Assembly (NCBI GenBank): GCA_020536535.1
Contig: JAHLWZ010000095.1
Span: 1-38,687 of the forward strand
Length of the DNA: 38,687 nucleotides
Origin: Pelomyxa schiedti
Lineage: Eukaryota > Protista > Evosea
Direction: 5' to 3'
Shown: one piece after another, positions 1-10,725 of the stretch
Layout of the letters: the number at the start of each line of letters is the position of its first letter
Numbering within the stretch: the stretch's first letter is position 1
Position numbers and translations under genes: made by a program
The notes under the pieces: generated by a model
Told to the model about the DNA's origin: nothing
Databases searched by the model: none
Seen by the model: only the letters and a program-made list of their open reading frames with translations

Positions 1-590
1 GTGTCGAAAAGGAAAGGCTTTGGGTAATTGTACAGGGCGCATAGGGTGTCTCCACACCACACTGTGTGAAGAGGTCCCTCTGAAAGATCCAAATTCCTAC
101 GAACAACCGGCGATTGGGTGCCGAAACTGGCTTCCAAATCAAGGAAGTAAGCACGCCATCCCAACGAGTCTGTGTCGTCCACAACCACCACGAATTCATC
201 ATCTCTTTGCCTGGAGAACATCCCTGATTGCACATATTTTCTTCCCATATCAATGTGCACACATGGTTCCTGAACAACTGAAGAACCACCATCACTTTCA
301 CCAAGCTTCCACACCACAATCCTGCATAGCAGCCCCATGACAAGCCACTTTGAATTTGAGCACACCAGGTTTGCAAATGTGCTCCAGTAATCCATTGCCA
401 GCTTCCTTGTGATTTTCCCAGTGTGAGGGTCAACAACACCAACCCTCAGGGGCCTCTTTTCCTTGGCCCCTCTCACAAGAACCACAAACAGGTGTGTGCC
501 GTTCCAACTCCCAAACGCCGTTTGATGGGGTTTCTTGGAAAACGAAAACGCGAGCGAGTGCACGACGCCGAGCGTAGGCGACAATCCCAC
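1..590 (-). CDS. Partial paralog of the 406-aa hypothetical protein at 31181-32401, truncated by the window edge and a gap
   Basis: 1-590 aligns to 31536-32131 in the same orientation, with a handful of substitutions and one in-frame 6-bp indel. Confidence 0.75.
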   Translation of the reverse strand, partial: MGLSPTLGVVHSLAFSFSKKPHQTAFGSWNGTHLFVVLVRGAKEKRPLRVGVVDPHTGKITRKLAMDYWSTFANLVCSNSKWLVMGLLCRIVVWKLGESDGGSSVVQEPCVHIDMGRKYVQSGMFSRQRDDEFVVVVDDTDSLGWRAYFLDLEASFGTQSPVVRRNLDLSEGPLHTVWCGDTLCALYNYPKPFLFD

Positions 591-690
591 NNNNNNNNNN
601 NNNNNNNNNNNNNNNNNNNNNNNNNNNNNNNNNNNNNNNNNNNNNNNNNNNNNNNNNNNNNNNNNNNNNNNNNNNNNNNNNNNNNNNNNN
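591..690. other. Scaffold gap (100 N)
   Basis: Run of N. Confidence 0.99.
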
Positions 691-691
691 T

Positions 692-3652
692 GAAGCCGGA
701 CGCATTCATAAGCGCAGTGCCGGGCTACAGCCCGAGAGCAGCGTAGACGGCAGGAGGACGGCACCCGCACACGGACTCGGACGTAGCTCGGCTGCGGCAG
801 CGAGAGGCGGTGGTGGTGGTGGTGGGGCGAGAGGAAGCGGCGGCGGACGCGGGCACGGCCGCGGTGGCGCCAGCCCAGACTCGGCACGAGGGGCGGCAAC
901 GCGGGGGGGGGGGGCAGGGTTCGAGGACGAGCACCAGGGGCAACACGAGGCGGTGCTGGCGCTGGTGCTGGGGGGGGGTGGCGGGCGCCGCGGCCGGCGT
1001 GGAGGGGTGGCGCCCGAGGTGCTGGAGCTCCCCGAAACGGCAATGAGAATCTTGGGCATTAGTGTGGATCAGACTGATCACCCAATGGGACTGCTCGAGT
1101 ACTTTGATTGGTGCGTGCGTTTGCGTTGTGTTGTTTACTTCTGGACAGCAGTTAATTTAAAAACAATACAACACACTAGTGCTACTGAACTATGGGCGAT
1201 TCAAGAGCGTTTCTACATTATCTGTGACACTCTGGAATCTGCTTCAATCCTGGAGAAGAATAAAGACCTGTCGTGGGGTAACCACAGCATTTCCGTGGTT
1301 AAGCCCCAGGCTGAGTGGGTGGAGGAAAAGGGACGTGCACCTGAAGTTTCATCAGTGTTGTCTGCCCCTTACTGCAGAAGGATATTTGGTATGCACAAGA
1401 GTATCAAAAAACCTGAAATCGCCAAGCAATATGGAAGAAACGGGATACAACTTAAAAGGTTGCTTCTTTTGATGAAACATGCATCTAACTTTCACTTACC
1501 TTTTCTATAGTGACACAGATATTCACAAAGTTAATAAGCACCGGTACATCTGTTTTACCAATGAGGATCAGGCAACGGCAGCATCATCGATAATGTGGAA
1601 TGATGTGGTACCAGAATTTGCAGTTCCGCCAGAGGCAGAATTTAAGGGCGCAGGAGGACCTAATATATACTACAAATACGAGAAGGCCAAAGCTCCACGA
1701 ACCAAAGAACCCCGTGTTGTAAAAGTACAAAATGAAATACATCCCACAGAGAAGGTAAGGATTTGATTCAGTTCTCAAACCCTATATTCAGTCACTTCAT
1801 ACTCAAAAACACCACTTCCTCATCACACACTCTCCACAGAAATTGCACTGGCAGGATGATCAGCAGCTCGTTGATGCTCTTGGCAAGACCAATGCCCAAA
1901 AGCAGCAGGCGTTTGAAGAAGCACAGGCGTCAGTGAAGAGTCTGCAGGAGGTAGTGTAGTGCTGCCCCCATATCTCCCCAATTCTCCCATCAGACTTAAT
2001 AACATCAACACACATTCACCATTGTATAAAAACAAACCACCACAAAAAAGCACTCACCCTGATCCCTAATAACATACTAGGAGTACAAGAAGACCGCTGA
2101 ATCAGTTGTGAAGTGGGCCCAGGACATGCGAGGTGGAGCTCAGAACCAGAACCCCAGTGTTATTAGTGGTGGTGACAAGTTCAAGAATAACAACAACGGC
2201 TGCTCCTCCCCACCACGGTCACTCAGCTTGCAAGTTGCACGTCACGAAGTGCATGACTTTGAAGAAAAGAAACTGAGGGTCCTAGCCGAACTCAAAACAA
2301 AGATCGCGGAAGTGGCTGCTTGCAAAAACAAACTCCTGGTATGTTCCAATCACCCCTATCCTGTATCCCCACCATTTCTGAACAACAATTGTGGCAATTG
2401 CAGGAGGCACTTGGATCCGGCAAAGAATCTGCTGCTGCAGCAGATGCAGATGCCCTCACCGTCAGTGTTGCTGCTGAGGAGCAGCAGCTCGTTGATGCTC
2501 TTGGCAAAGAAAGCGTGCAGAAAGAGCAGCAATTGTACGCAGCACAGCTTGAGGTGAACACACTTAAGGAGGTAGCGTTACCCCAAATATAAGCAATGCT
2601 CCTCCCTTCTCCCATTCCAATAAACTACTCTCTCCCGAATTTGAATGGAGTTGACTTTGTCAAACAAACCCCCTTTGTCTTACGCTCTCACAAAGGGGTG
2701 AACGAGACTGTCAGCACCACTCAAGATGATCCTCATTCTCGTCAAGACCGTAATCCTCATCCCCATCAAGCTAAGGGAATCGTTCTTGTAGGGGCAACCG
2801 AAGAGGGTCCCATAATGCAAGCAATGAAATGCACCCTGGTGGCATTGAGGGCCGTCCTAAGTGCCCGGGTAGAGCTGCTTTACCATCCCCAGATTGAGGT
2901 TACCCTTTTTAGCCAAATACACACATATAACCTATCTCACGTAGATTGAACAAGCCCGCGTAGAGCGGCTCAAGAGAAACTTTGAACATTTCCGTACACA
3001 AGTTGAGGCTGTAAATTCTGTTTTGCAGGCCAACTCCACCGCGCTTTGTGGCCTCTCCTTAGACATTGAGTCCCTATCCGCCGCCGTTGCGTACCAGAGT
3101 GCTGTCAAAAGAATCAACAACGAACTGGAGAGAAACCAACGTGAAATGGATAACCTTCGCGTGCTGTATGAAGGGGGCCGGTCGGGGATAGTAGCGGAAA
3201 CAGCTGACTCAACAGCTTACTCTACAGCCTTCAAGACTCTTTACAAGAGCTGGCAAGACTTACGCGAGAAAGTAACAGAGCGCCTGAACCATGCGGACGT
3301 ACAAGTTTTAGTCTGGACAGTTACGATAACCAAATCCCAGTTTCATTCCCGTTTCCTCACCCCTTTACAGCAAGTAGAGGCAACCAGGTCAAGCTCATAC
3401 TGTCTTTCTGGAATGCTACATCCACCTCGACAAGCCGCACCGGGCACAACTGCTGCCCATTTCGCACCGCCATCACAGTCGCAGCCACAACCACAACCAC
3501 AACCACAGTCACCACCCCCACAGCTCCACCCCCCTCCTGCAACAACCACAACCGCAACAACCACCAGCATGATGATCACCGGGGCATCACGTGCGGCAAC
3601 TGATGGCGTCCGCGGAGGAGGTCCCACCCACCGTCCAACAGCACCAAAGTAG
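692..3652 (+). CDS. Multi-exon hypothetical coiled-coil protein; 5' end lies in the gap, 3' end uncertain
   Basis: GC/Gly-rich open frame from 692 runs into ORF 953-1510. Later exons are bounded by GT..AG (EYKKTAESVVKWAQD; FEEKKLRVLAELKTKIAEV; IEQARVERLKRNFEHF..AYQSAVKRINNELERNQREMDNL), followed by a Q/P/T low-complexity tail. No recognisable domain. Confidence 0.5.
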
Positions 3653-4725
3653 TGGCAACACAACAAGCACAACAACACCCACGGCATCACCATCATCGGC
3701 AAATCAGCAGAACAACTTGTAAACATAACCCCCGGGGGGAAATCCACACCCAACACACAGGCAACAGCAACAGGGAGAACTTGTTGCTTCTGTGGTGGTT
3801 GGATAACACCCTCAAGAATCCTGTTCATATACCGTTAACCAAACAATAGAAACTCCAACCAGAGTCTTGTTGTTGCCCATTTCCAGGAACCGTGATGGTG
3901 CTACACAAAAAAAGACCGGAATATTTAACTACAGTGCGGGCGGCACCCGAAGGAAAAAGCGCCGCCTAGATGTCGCCCTCACAACACAAGGAGACCCTGT
4001 CGGCGGGGGGGGGGCAGAGCGCGGCAGTGGGGAGTCCCGCCAACCCCCAGCAGCAGGCGGCGGGCCGCACCGCTTGTTGTGGCAGTGCATTGCGGTGCTG
4101 GGGTCCACATGTGGCGGTGGGGGGGTGCCGGCCGGGCCTGCTGTGTGCATTGGGATGGGGGTGAGACACAAGTGCAGGGGCACGGGCAGGGAACGGAACC
4201 TCATTGGGGATAGCAAATACACTCTCCTACAACAACTACCTCAGGGGCAACTGATGAAAAGGCACCGGGTGACACACGTATCTGGGGCAAGGGTGATCAT
4301 TTTACAATTTTCAGGTGTGCAAGGGCAAGAGGGTGGTGGGTGTGGAGGTGAGGTGGATGTCAGGATCATCGATAAGATGTACCACAACTACCTACTACAT
4401 AGTTGCAGTTGCAGTGTCAGTGCAAAGAAACAAGGAGATTCTTGTTCATACATTGTTTGGTTAGATTTTGAATTTACAGAGCGGAACAACTACCTCCTCG
4501 CTGGCTACTTCCTTCTCCGAAAACCATCAACGATTCCTATGAGAGCCCTGAGCCTTTTTCCTCGACAAACAACATCCCAAACACTCGATTACTTCCCTTG
4601 GAGTAGGAGATAAGGAGATTTCCTGAGGGAAGGCTTCCTCAGGGTTTCCAGGGAAAAAAACAACAAAGTTTGTCTGTGCCGAAAAAGTGGGATGAGTCAA
4701 AGCATTTTTTTGGTCGACAAAGGAA

Positions 4726-7081
4726 ATGGCAAAGCCGTCGTCGTTATCGTCGTCGGTAGCTGTCAAATGCCCATTGTGCCGCCGCCCACCCTGCCGTCCC
4801 CTGACAAGCCATGGGTGCTCGTTCCTTCATGTGGCCACCATCTATGCACATCCTGCACTGGTGCAGTGGCTGCCTTCCGCCGTATATCCACCCCAGGGCA
4901 AATTATGGGATATGTAAGCGCATCTTCTTCCAGTTCCGCCATTCCCTTTGAAATGTGGTGCCCATTGTGTGAAGCACCCAAAATGGCCAGGCTGGAGTTA
5001 CCTTTTGGGTCCTCAACTACGTCGTCGTCGTCGTCGTCATCGCCTACTAGTAGTGGTTGTAGTGTGTATCCATGTTTTGGCGGGAGTGACAAAAGGAGGA
5101 GGTTGGTGCCGCCTCCTCAGGTCAAGCCAAGTTTGCCTGGTTAGTATCTATATTTACACGCTAATAGAAACATTATTTGTATTTTTTTATTTGGCGTTGC
5201 ATATTAACTAATATTACTAGATTTTCGATTTTTAATAATAATATTCGTTATTATTTGAGTGGCTATACCCTCTAATCTATTGTAGGCGCGCCTCCAATGT
5301 GTCATCAGCATCAACTTCAACCCTTGATGTTTAATTGATTGAGCGAGTGTATCTAAACCATCTTCCATCTTTAGATACACTCGCTCAATCAATTAAACAT
5401 CAAGGGTTGAAGTTGAGACAGGTCGGAATTCTTCTGAAATTTATCTGTCAATAACCAAAATGCAGGCTCAGGAGAAATGTGAGGGGACCATACACAGTGA
5501 GTTCACCGAAACGATACAAATGCTCCAGTTACGAGAAAAAGATTTACTTTCGACTTCTAAAGCAATTTCCACCATAGCAGGTGTTTATTGGAATAAGGAA
5601 TTTACCTTGTTGACTCTTTTCACAGAAGACAGGATAGCCACGCAACTCGCAAGTGTTAGTGCGGCTCGGGAGCATATTGGGAATTTCAAATCAATGGCTG
5701 TGTTGAACAGCCGTGATGCATCAACTGTATTGGAATTATGTGATAGTATTGCTGGAATTCTCCAAGTATACTGTCTTCTTCGTATTTGTCATCAAATCAC
5801 TGATGATTAGGAATTTGGATCTGAACACCTTTCACCCTGTGTGAGGGAAGATAGCGTGCAATTCAGTGTCGAGGGAGTTAAGGAGTTCAAAGCAAAGATA
5901 GCCGAGCTCGGCTCCATTTCTTATAGTTTATTCACTCTTTTTAAACCAAATACCTTACACCCATTTTCACCAGCACCGGTTCTGGAAGGTTTCAGAGAGG
6001 AAATTAGAGCAACTGCAGGAAAGGCAATGACCTTATGTGGGCAATGGTCTCCATACGCTGTCGAGAAAGACCTCCAAGTTAGAATTGGTGATGCGCCATG
6101 CTCAGATGTGAGCGTGGTAGTCCCCGGCTCTGTTCTTGCATTCACTGTGCCAGAGAATGGTGTGGGCTGCCAACTACCCGTACACCTCACTGTTTTTGGA
6201 GAAACTGCCGAGCGAATAAATGATACGAGGTTTTCTTATGAGGGTATGTAAACAACTACGTGTTCGGCCGACTTACAATTACATAGGTCCGGTTATTCAA
6301 AATGTTTCAAACGTGCCCTCTAACGGCGGCAAGTTAATTATCCGAGGACGTGGGTTCGGTACTTCCCCTAACGGCATCAATGTAGTACTCAATGGTATCA
6401 TACTCCATTCCTCTCTTCGTTAATGTTGTGCTAGGTGTCCAGTGTGAAGATATTTACGTGACCAACCCAAATGAAATCAAGTGCATTGTCCCCAAGTGTT
6501 CAGAATACAAAAGCCTAGCCACTTTGAGTCTTACTGTTTCTGGCCAATCGACATCATCAACTGTCTATTATGGGATGTGGGACCCTAATTGCTGTGGGCA
6601 CCTTCTGGTTGTACAACCAGAGGATCCTAGCACCGTTTACAAACCCAAAACAAGTTCCAGTCAATATGCGGAATCAACAGCGATATCCACCATGCAACTT
6701 GATTGTCATCGAATGTATATGTGGCACCTGTCTATCAGTGACCTTGAGGATTACGGTGGTTACACGGGATGCATGTGGGTAGCCTACGGTCTCATTGATA
6801 TTGAGCATACCAGCAACATTCCATTCGAGTCTCTCTATGGGTGGTCTACATCTGCTAATAGACTCAAGCTCCCCATTGCAACACCATCATTCCACGCATC
6901 ATGCCGCACGGAGGAGGTTACGCTGGTGTATGATGTCCCAACACAGACCCTCACTGCCACGTGGCCCCAACACAACAATGCAACTGCAACAGTCGACAAT
7001 GTACCCACTGGCCTCTCTCCTGCTGTTATTATTTGGGGTCACAACACTGTAAAGATCACATGGTTAACAGTATCTCCGTGA
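4726..7081 (+). pseudogene. TRIM/RBCC-like E3 ligase (RING, B-box remnant, coiled coil, 2x IPT/TIG, SPRY-like beta-sandwich), disrupted in this assembly
   Basis: C3HC4 RING: CPLC (4768-4779), then in the -1 frame CGHHLCTSC...CPLC (4830-4970). Intron 5140-5285 joins in frame to GAPPMCHQH (B-box-like C-x2-H), with a stop inside the hairpin. LDTLAQSIKHQGLKLRQ, intron 5422-5465, then AQEKCEGTIHSEFTETIQMLQLREKDLL is a BBC-type coiled coil. A PCVREDSVQF..IAELGSI linker is followed by IPT/TIG (PVIQNVSNVPSNGGKLIIRGRGFG) and a C-terminal W/V-rich beta domain (VTLVYDVPTQTLT..LSPAVIIW). Confidence 0.7.
5311..5416. repeat. Perfect inverted repeat: 47-bp arms, 12-nt loop
   Basis: 5311-5357 tcaacttcaacccttgatgtttaattgattgagcgagtgtatctaaa is the exact reverse complement of 5370-5416; the loop is ccatcttccatc. 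Confidence 0.97.
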
Positions 7082-7199
7082 GCCTCACATTAAAACAACA
7101 GAAATGGGCAAAAAATAGTGTATTTTAAAGACTTCCATTCCTTTTGTTAGCTTCCACAATAATTAACTGTTGTTGAAGACCGATCGTGGGAGTAAGATT

Positions 7200-7490
7200 G
7201 CAAGAGAGTATCCACGCCGCCCGTGTTTGCCTTGTGGGTTTGCTTGTTTGCAGTCTTTCATCCTTTGTGCCAGTTCCTCGCTGTTGCGGGATGTTAGTGC
7301 TCTGTTGGTTTTTGTGTATTGTATTACATTTTGGAAATGCGCCAATTGGGAGCTATTGTTATATCATAGGGGGGAAACTGTATTATACAGTTTAGCAAGG
7401 GATTCTCAGCCTATTGCTAGGCCAAAGTGTTTGGTAGCTACTCCTACAGCATTACATTGGGGCGTTTCATCAGTTTCTGTGATGTGTGAT
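7200..7490 (-). pseudogene. Degenerate 3' fragment of a sulfotransferase, copy of the 13119-15419 gene
   Basis: SEELAQRMKDCKQANPQGKHGRRGYSL plus the adjacent intron and part of the preceding exon match ~13260-13570. No upstream catalytic exons. Confidence 0.85.
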
Positions 7491-7772
7491 CGCCGAAACA
7501 GCCTGCGCGTTGCCGACATGCAACCAACCGAGCCGCCGATGGAAAAATACTACGTACAAGCAAGTTATGGGTCGCAAAGAAGCCCGGGCATCATCCATCC
7601 CATCGCACCCGGGCGCCCCCTCACTCGGCGTAACCGTTGGGGACTCCAATCGTCGGTCGACGGTCACCACCCCCCCGCCACACGCCGTCGTCGGTTGCCG
7701 GTCGTCGGTCATCGCGCCGCCACCCTCCCTGACCCGAGTCGTTGTCGTGTGACAAGCATTTTTCGCTTAAAA

Positions 7773-10680
7773 ATGATCGGGGCGGAAACAGGCGGCGGTA
7801 AGGGTGGTGGTGGCGGTTGTGGTTGGGGGCCGTCGGTGTGCCGCGTGTGGCCTCCTCCTCCTCGTCGTCCTCCTCCTCCCCCACCACCACCACCAGCCGA
7901 TGCGAGTGCGAGTGCGTCCGGGGTGGTGGGGGTGCGTGAGGGGGGACCGTCACCGCGCCACGGCCACGTATGTGCCCTTTTCTTGTACCCACGCCCGTGC
8001 TATGTCTGATTGGTTGTTTGTTTGTTTGTTGGTTGCATGTACTGTTGTCGACTGACCCGGGGAACACACACATATCTCTACACTCACATACACACACATA
8101 CACACACACACACACTGTAGGTGGGGGTGATGGTGGTGGCAGCAGGGGCCGGCGGGGGCGGCGGCGGCGGGCAGGGGCAGGGGGAGGTGATGGTTGTGTT
8201 TGGGGGGTATGGCTCCCTCCTCCCAAGCGACCACGGTGGCGCAGGGGCGAGCACACCCGATACAACAGCAACAGCATCGAAGGGCAACAAGGGAGGGGTG
8301 TTTGTGCACATGAATGACACGTGGGAGTACTCGCTGGACACTGGCCGGTGGGACAAGGTGTGTGTGCGTGCGTGCGTGCGTGCGTGTGTGGCGTGCATGT
8401 TTGTATATGCTTTTGTTTCGAAGCTGTTGATTGGTGAACTTGTCATGACTCCCAAATCACAAACATCAGATAAGCTGTGAGATCAGCCCATCACCGAGGT
8501 ACTGTGCATCGGCTGTATCCCTCGGCAACTCCGTGTTCCTTTTTGGTGGTGCTTGTGAGAAGGGATTCTCGAATGAAATGTGGTGTTACACTCACGAGGG
8601 TGGATGGAAATTGATTGAACCCAAGTCCACAGTTGTCCCTGCACCTCGTTGGGGCCATTCTGCTGTTTTGTTCAAGGTGAGCGTTTGCCTGTCGATTTAT
8701 CTTTTTTCACTTTTTGTGGCAGAACACCATTTTCATTTTTGGAGGATTCGTGGACACCATCAACGGGTTCTCGAACGAACTTTATTGTTTCAACACAAAG
8801 ACACTTGTTTGGACACTTCTCGACGATGTGGAAGGGAAACCACCTTCTCCGAGGCAACTTCACACTGCAGTGACTGTTGGAAACCACATGTTCGTCCTTG
8901 GCGGATTTTGCTCCCCGAACAACCTCTCCGACTTTCACCGGTTCGATTTTCGAACCCTCGGATGGGAACCTTTGCCACAACCACCGATTCCAGCAACACG
9001 AGGAGCATCCGGAGCCAGAGTTTATGAACAGTTACTTGCGGTTTATGGAGGAAGGACAAAGGTTTGACAACAACAATTCCATTGGAATCTCAAACCCAAT
9101 CAAAAAGGATGGGCCTCAGAATGACTTGTGGTTGTTCAACACAGTCAACAACAGCTGGGAGCACCAAAATCTTTCAGTCACGAATGCGGAGGAGTTGCAA
9201 CTCTCTAGATACTTCCACAGTGCTTGTGAAAGGGAGGCTTGCATCTGGGTGTTTGGAGGCCTTTGCAAATCCGGGAATGTTGGAAACATGCTTTGTGTTG
9301 GTTTCAGTGGTGATCTGAATCCTTGTGGGCCTTTTGCTCTCCTTCCTCTGGATCTAGTTTTGCGCATTGTTTCCTTTCTTAGGTGCCTCTTTCTTTTTCT
9401 TCTCCCTCATTTCACACTTTGTTTGTCCAGGATACCTGATCTGGGAAACATGTGCTTGGTGTGCAAGAAATTTGATTTCATTGCATCTCATCGGACTCTG
9501 TGGAGGCAGAAACTTGTGGATTTTGGAGTTAACCTCATCATCACTTTCCATACTTGAACCCACCACTCAAAATAAATCCAGCCAGCAGCAGCCAGGACAT
9601 TACTTCTGTGTGACGAGAACGCGAAATCTGCACCTCCTGAGGGAGTGAACAAAATCTGGAAGTTTGGATTTGCCAGACTGGCAGAACCACTCATGTTCAT
9701 TCCCGGTTTGCCTCAGGCTGCTGCCCTTTTGTGTGGGGCTGTACTGAAAGTGGGCATTTTTGGTAGTGCCTCGCCTCACTCTTAATTACTCCTTCTTATG
9801 TGAATAAAATAACAGGAGCCGGTGGGGTTGGCAAGGTTGTTATATCCTATTTCCCCTCAAATTGTATGCTGACCTGTTTTGCGTCTTGTAACAGAGTTCT
9901 TTGCTTCTGAGATTTATACGACATGAATTTGTCGAAGAGTATTTGTGCCCCCGCCTCTTCATAAATTAATTAATTTCAACCTTTAGATATGACCCGGCAT
10001 GCCAAAACAATCACACTCCCTTTTATTCTTATCTTTGGTCTTTTAGAGCCTGGAGGACAGTTACCCTTATTCTCTCAAACTGGGAAAGCGGAGTTTAAAC
10101 CTTGATATCATTGACACCACCGGTAGAAACAACTCCACATCGCGCTAATGTAAACAATACTTAAAGACAAATGCAGGTTCCTTCTATGAATGCCGGTAGA
10201 GACGGCTCCCATTTTACCCATCTTTAACCACAAAGAAAGGGCTCTTGTAGAGATGCATATTCGACTCTGTGATGCGTTCCTCATCTGTTATTCCATCACC
10301 GACGAGTATTCTTTCACCTCTGTGTCAGACCACTTCCAAAATATCCGGTGCGTGAAAGATGTCAGTGACACATATGGTCCGCAATGGCCCGGAATTGTTC
10401 TAGTAGCAACAAAGGTTTACCTACCACCCACAACCACATAACCGGCAACCATTCATTCACTGCTCCACAGTGTGACTTGGAATCGGAGCGCCGGATTTCG
10501 TATTCACAGGGGGAGGCATTGGCCAAGTCACTCGGCATTCCATTCCTGGAGACCAGTGCCAAGACACCAGTCAATGTTGACGAGGTGTTCTATCAGTTGG
10601 TACGTGAAAGAGCCAACAACGAACCCCTCACTCGCAATGCTCCTTCAAAACCTCCTCCTGGAAAATGTAATGTATCATAA
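7773..10680 (+). CDS. Kelch-repeat / F-box / Ras-family GTPase fusion protein with C-terminal CAAX
   Basis: About 6 Kelch repeats (SPRHGH..VFGG; PRWGHSAV..IFGG; PRQLHTAV..VLGG; SRYFHSAC..VFGG). F-box LLPLDLVLRIVSFL..DLGNMCLVCKKF..LW. Spliced G-boxes GAGGVGKS, EYDPSLEDSY, DTTG, TKCD, ETSAK. Ends in CNVS*. Confidence 0.9.
8010..8392. repeat. Intronic microsatellites (GTTT)n, (CA)n and (GTGC)n in the first two introns of the Kelch-Ras gene
   Basis: gtttgtttgtttg at ~8016-8030, cacacacaca at ~8084-8114, gtgcgtgcgtgcgtgc at ~8362-8388. Confidence 0.85.
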
Positions 10681-10725
10681 ATCTAAAACGGGAAGAAACA
10701 AAAACTTGAAATACCTCTCTTGTTT

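Noticed and set aside
3867-4613. 248-aa ORF as a gene
   Set aside because: It has no ATG start or domain and competes with GC-rich frames containing a poly-G tract. It may hold exons, but no model could be supported.
5311-5416. Hairpin as a MITE or transcription terminator
   Set aside because: There is no target-site duplication, one arm is in-frame host coding sequence, and the DNA is eukaryotic.
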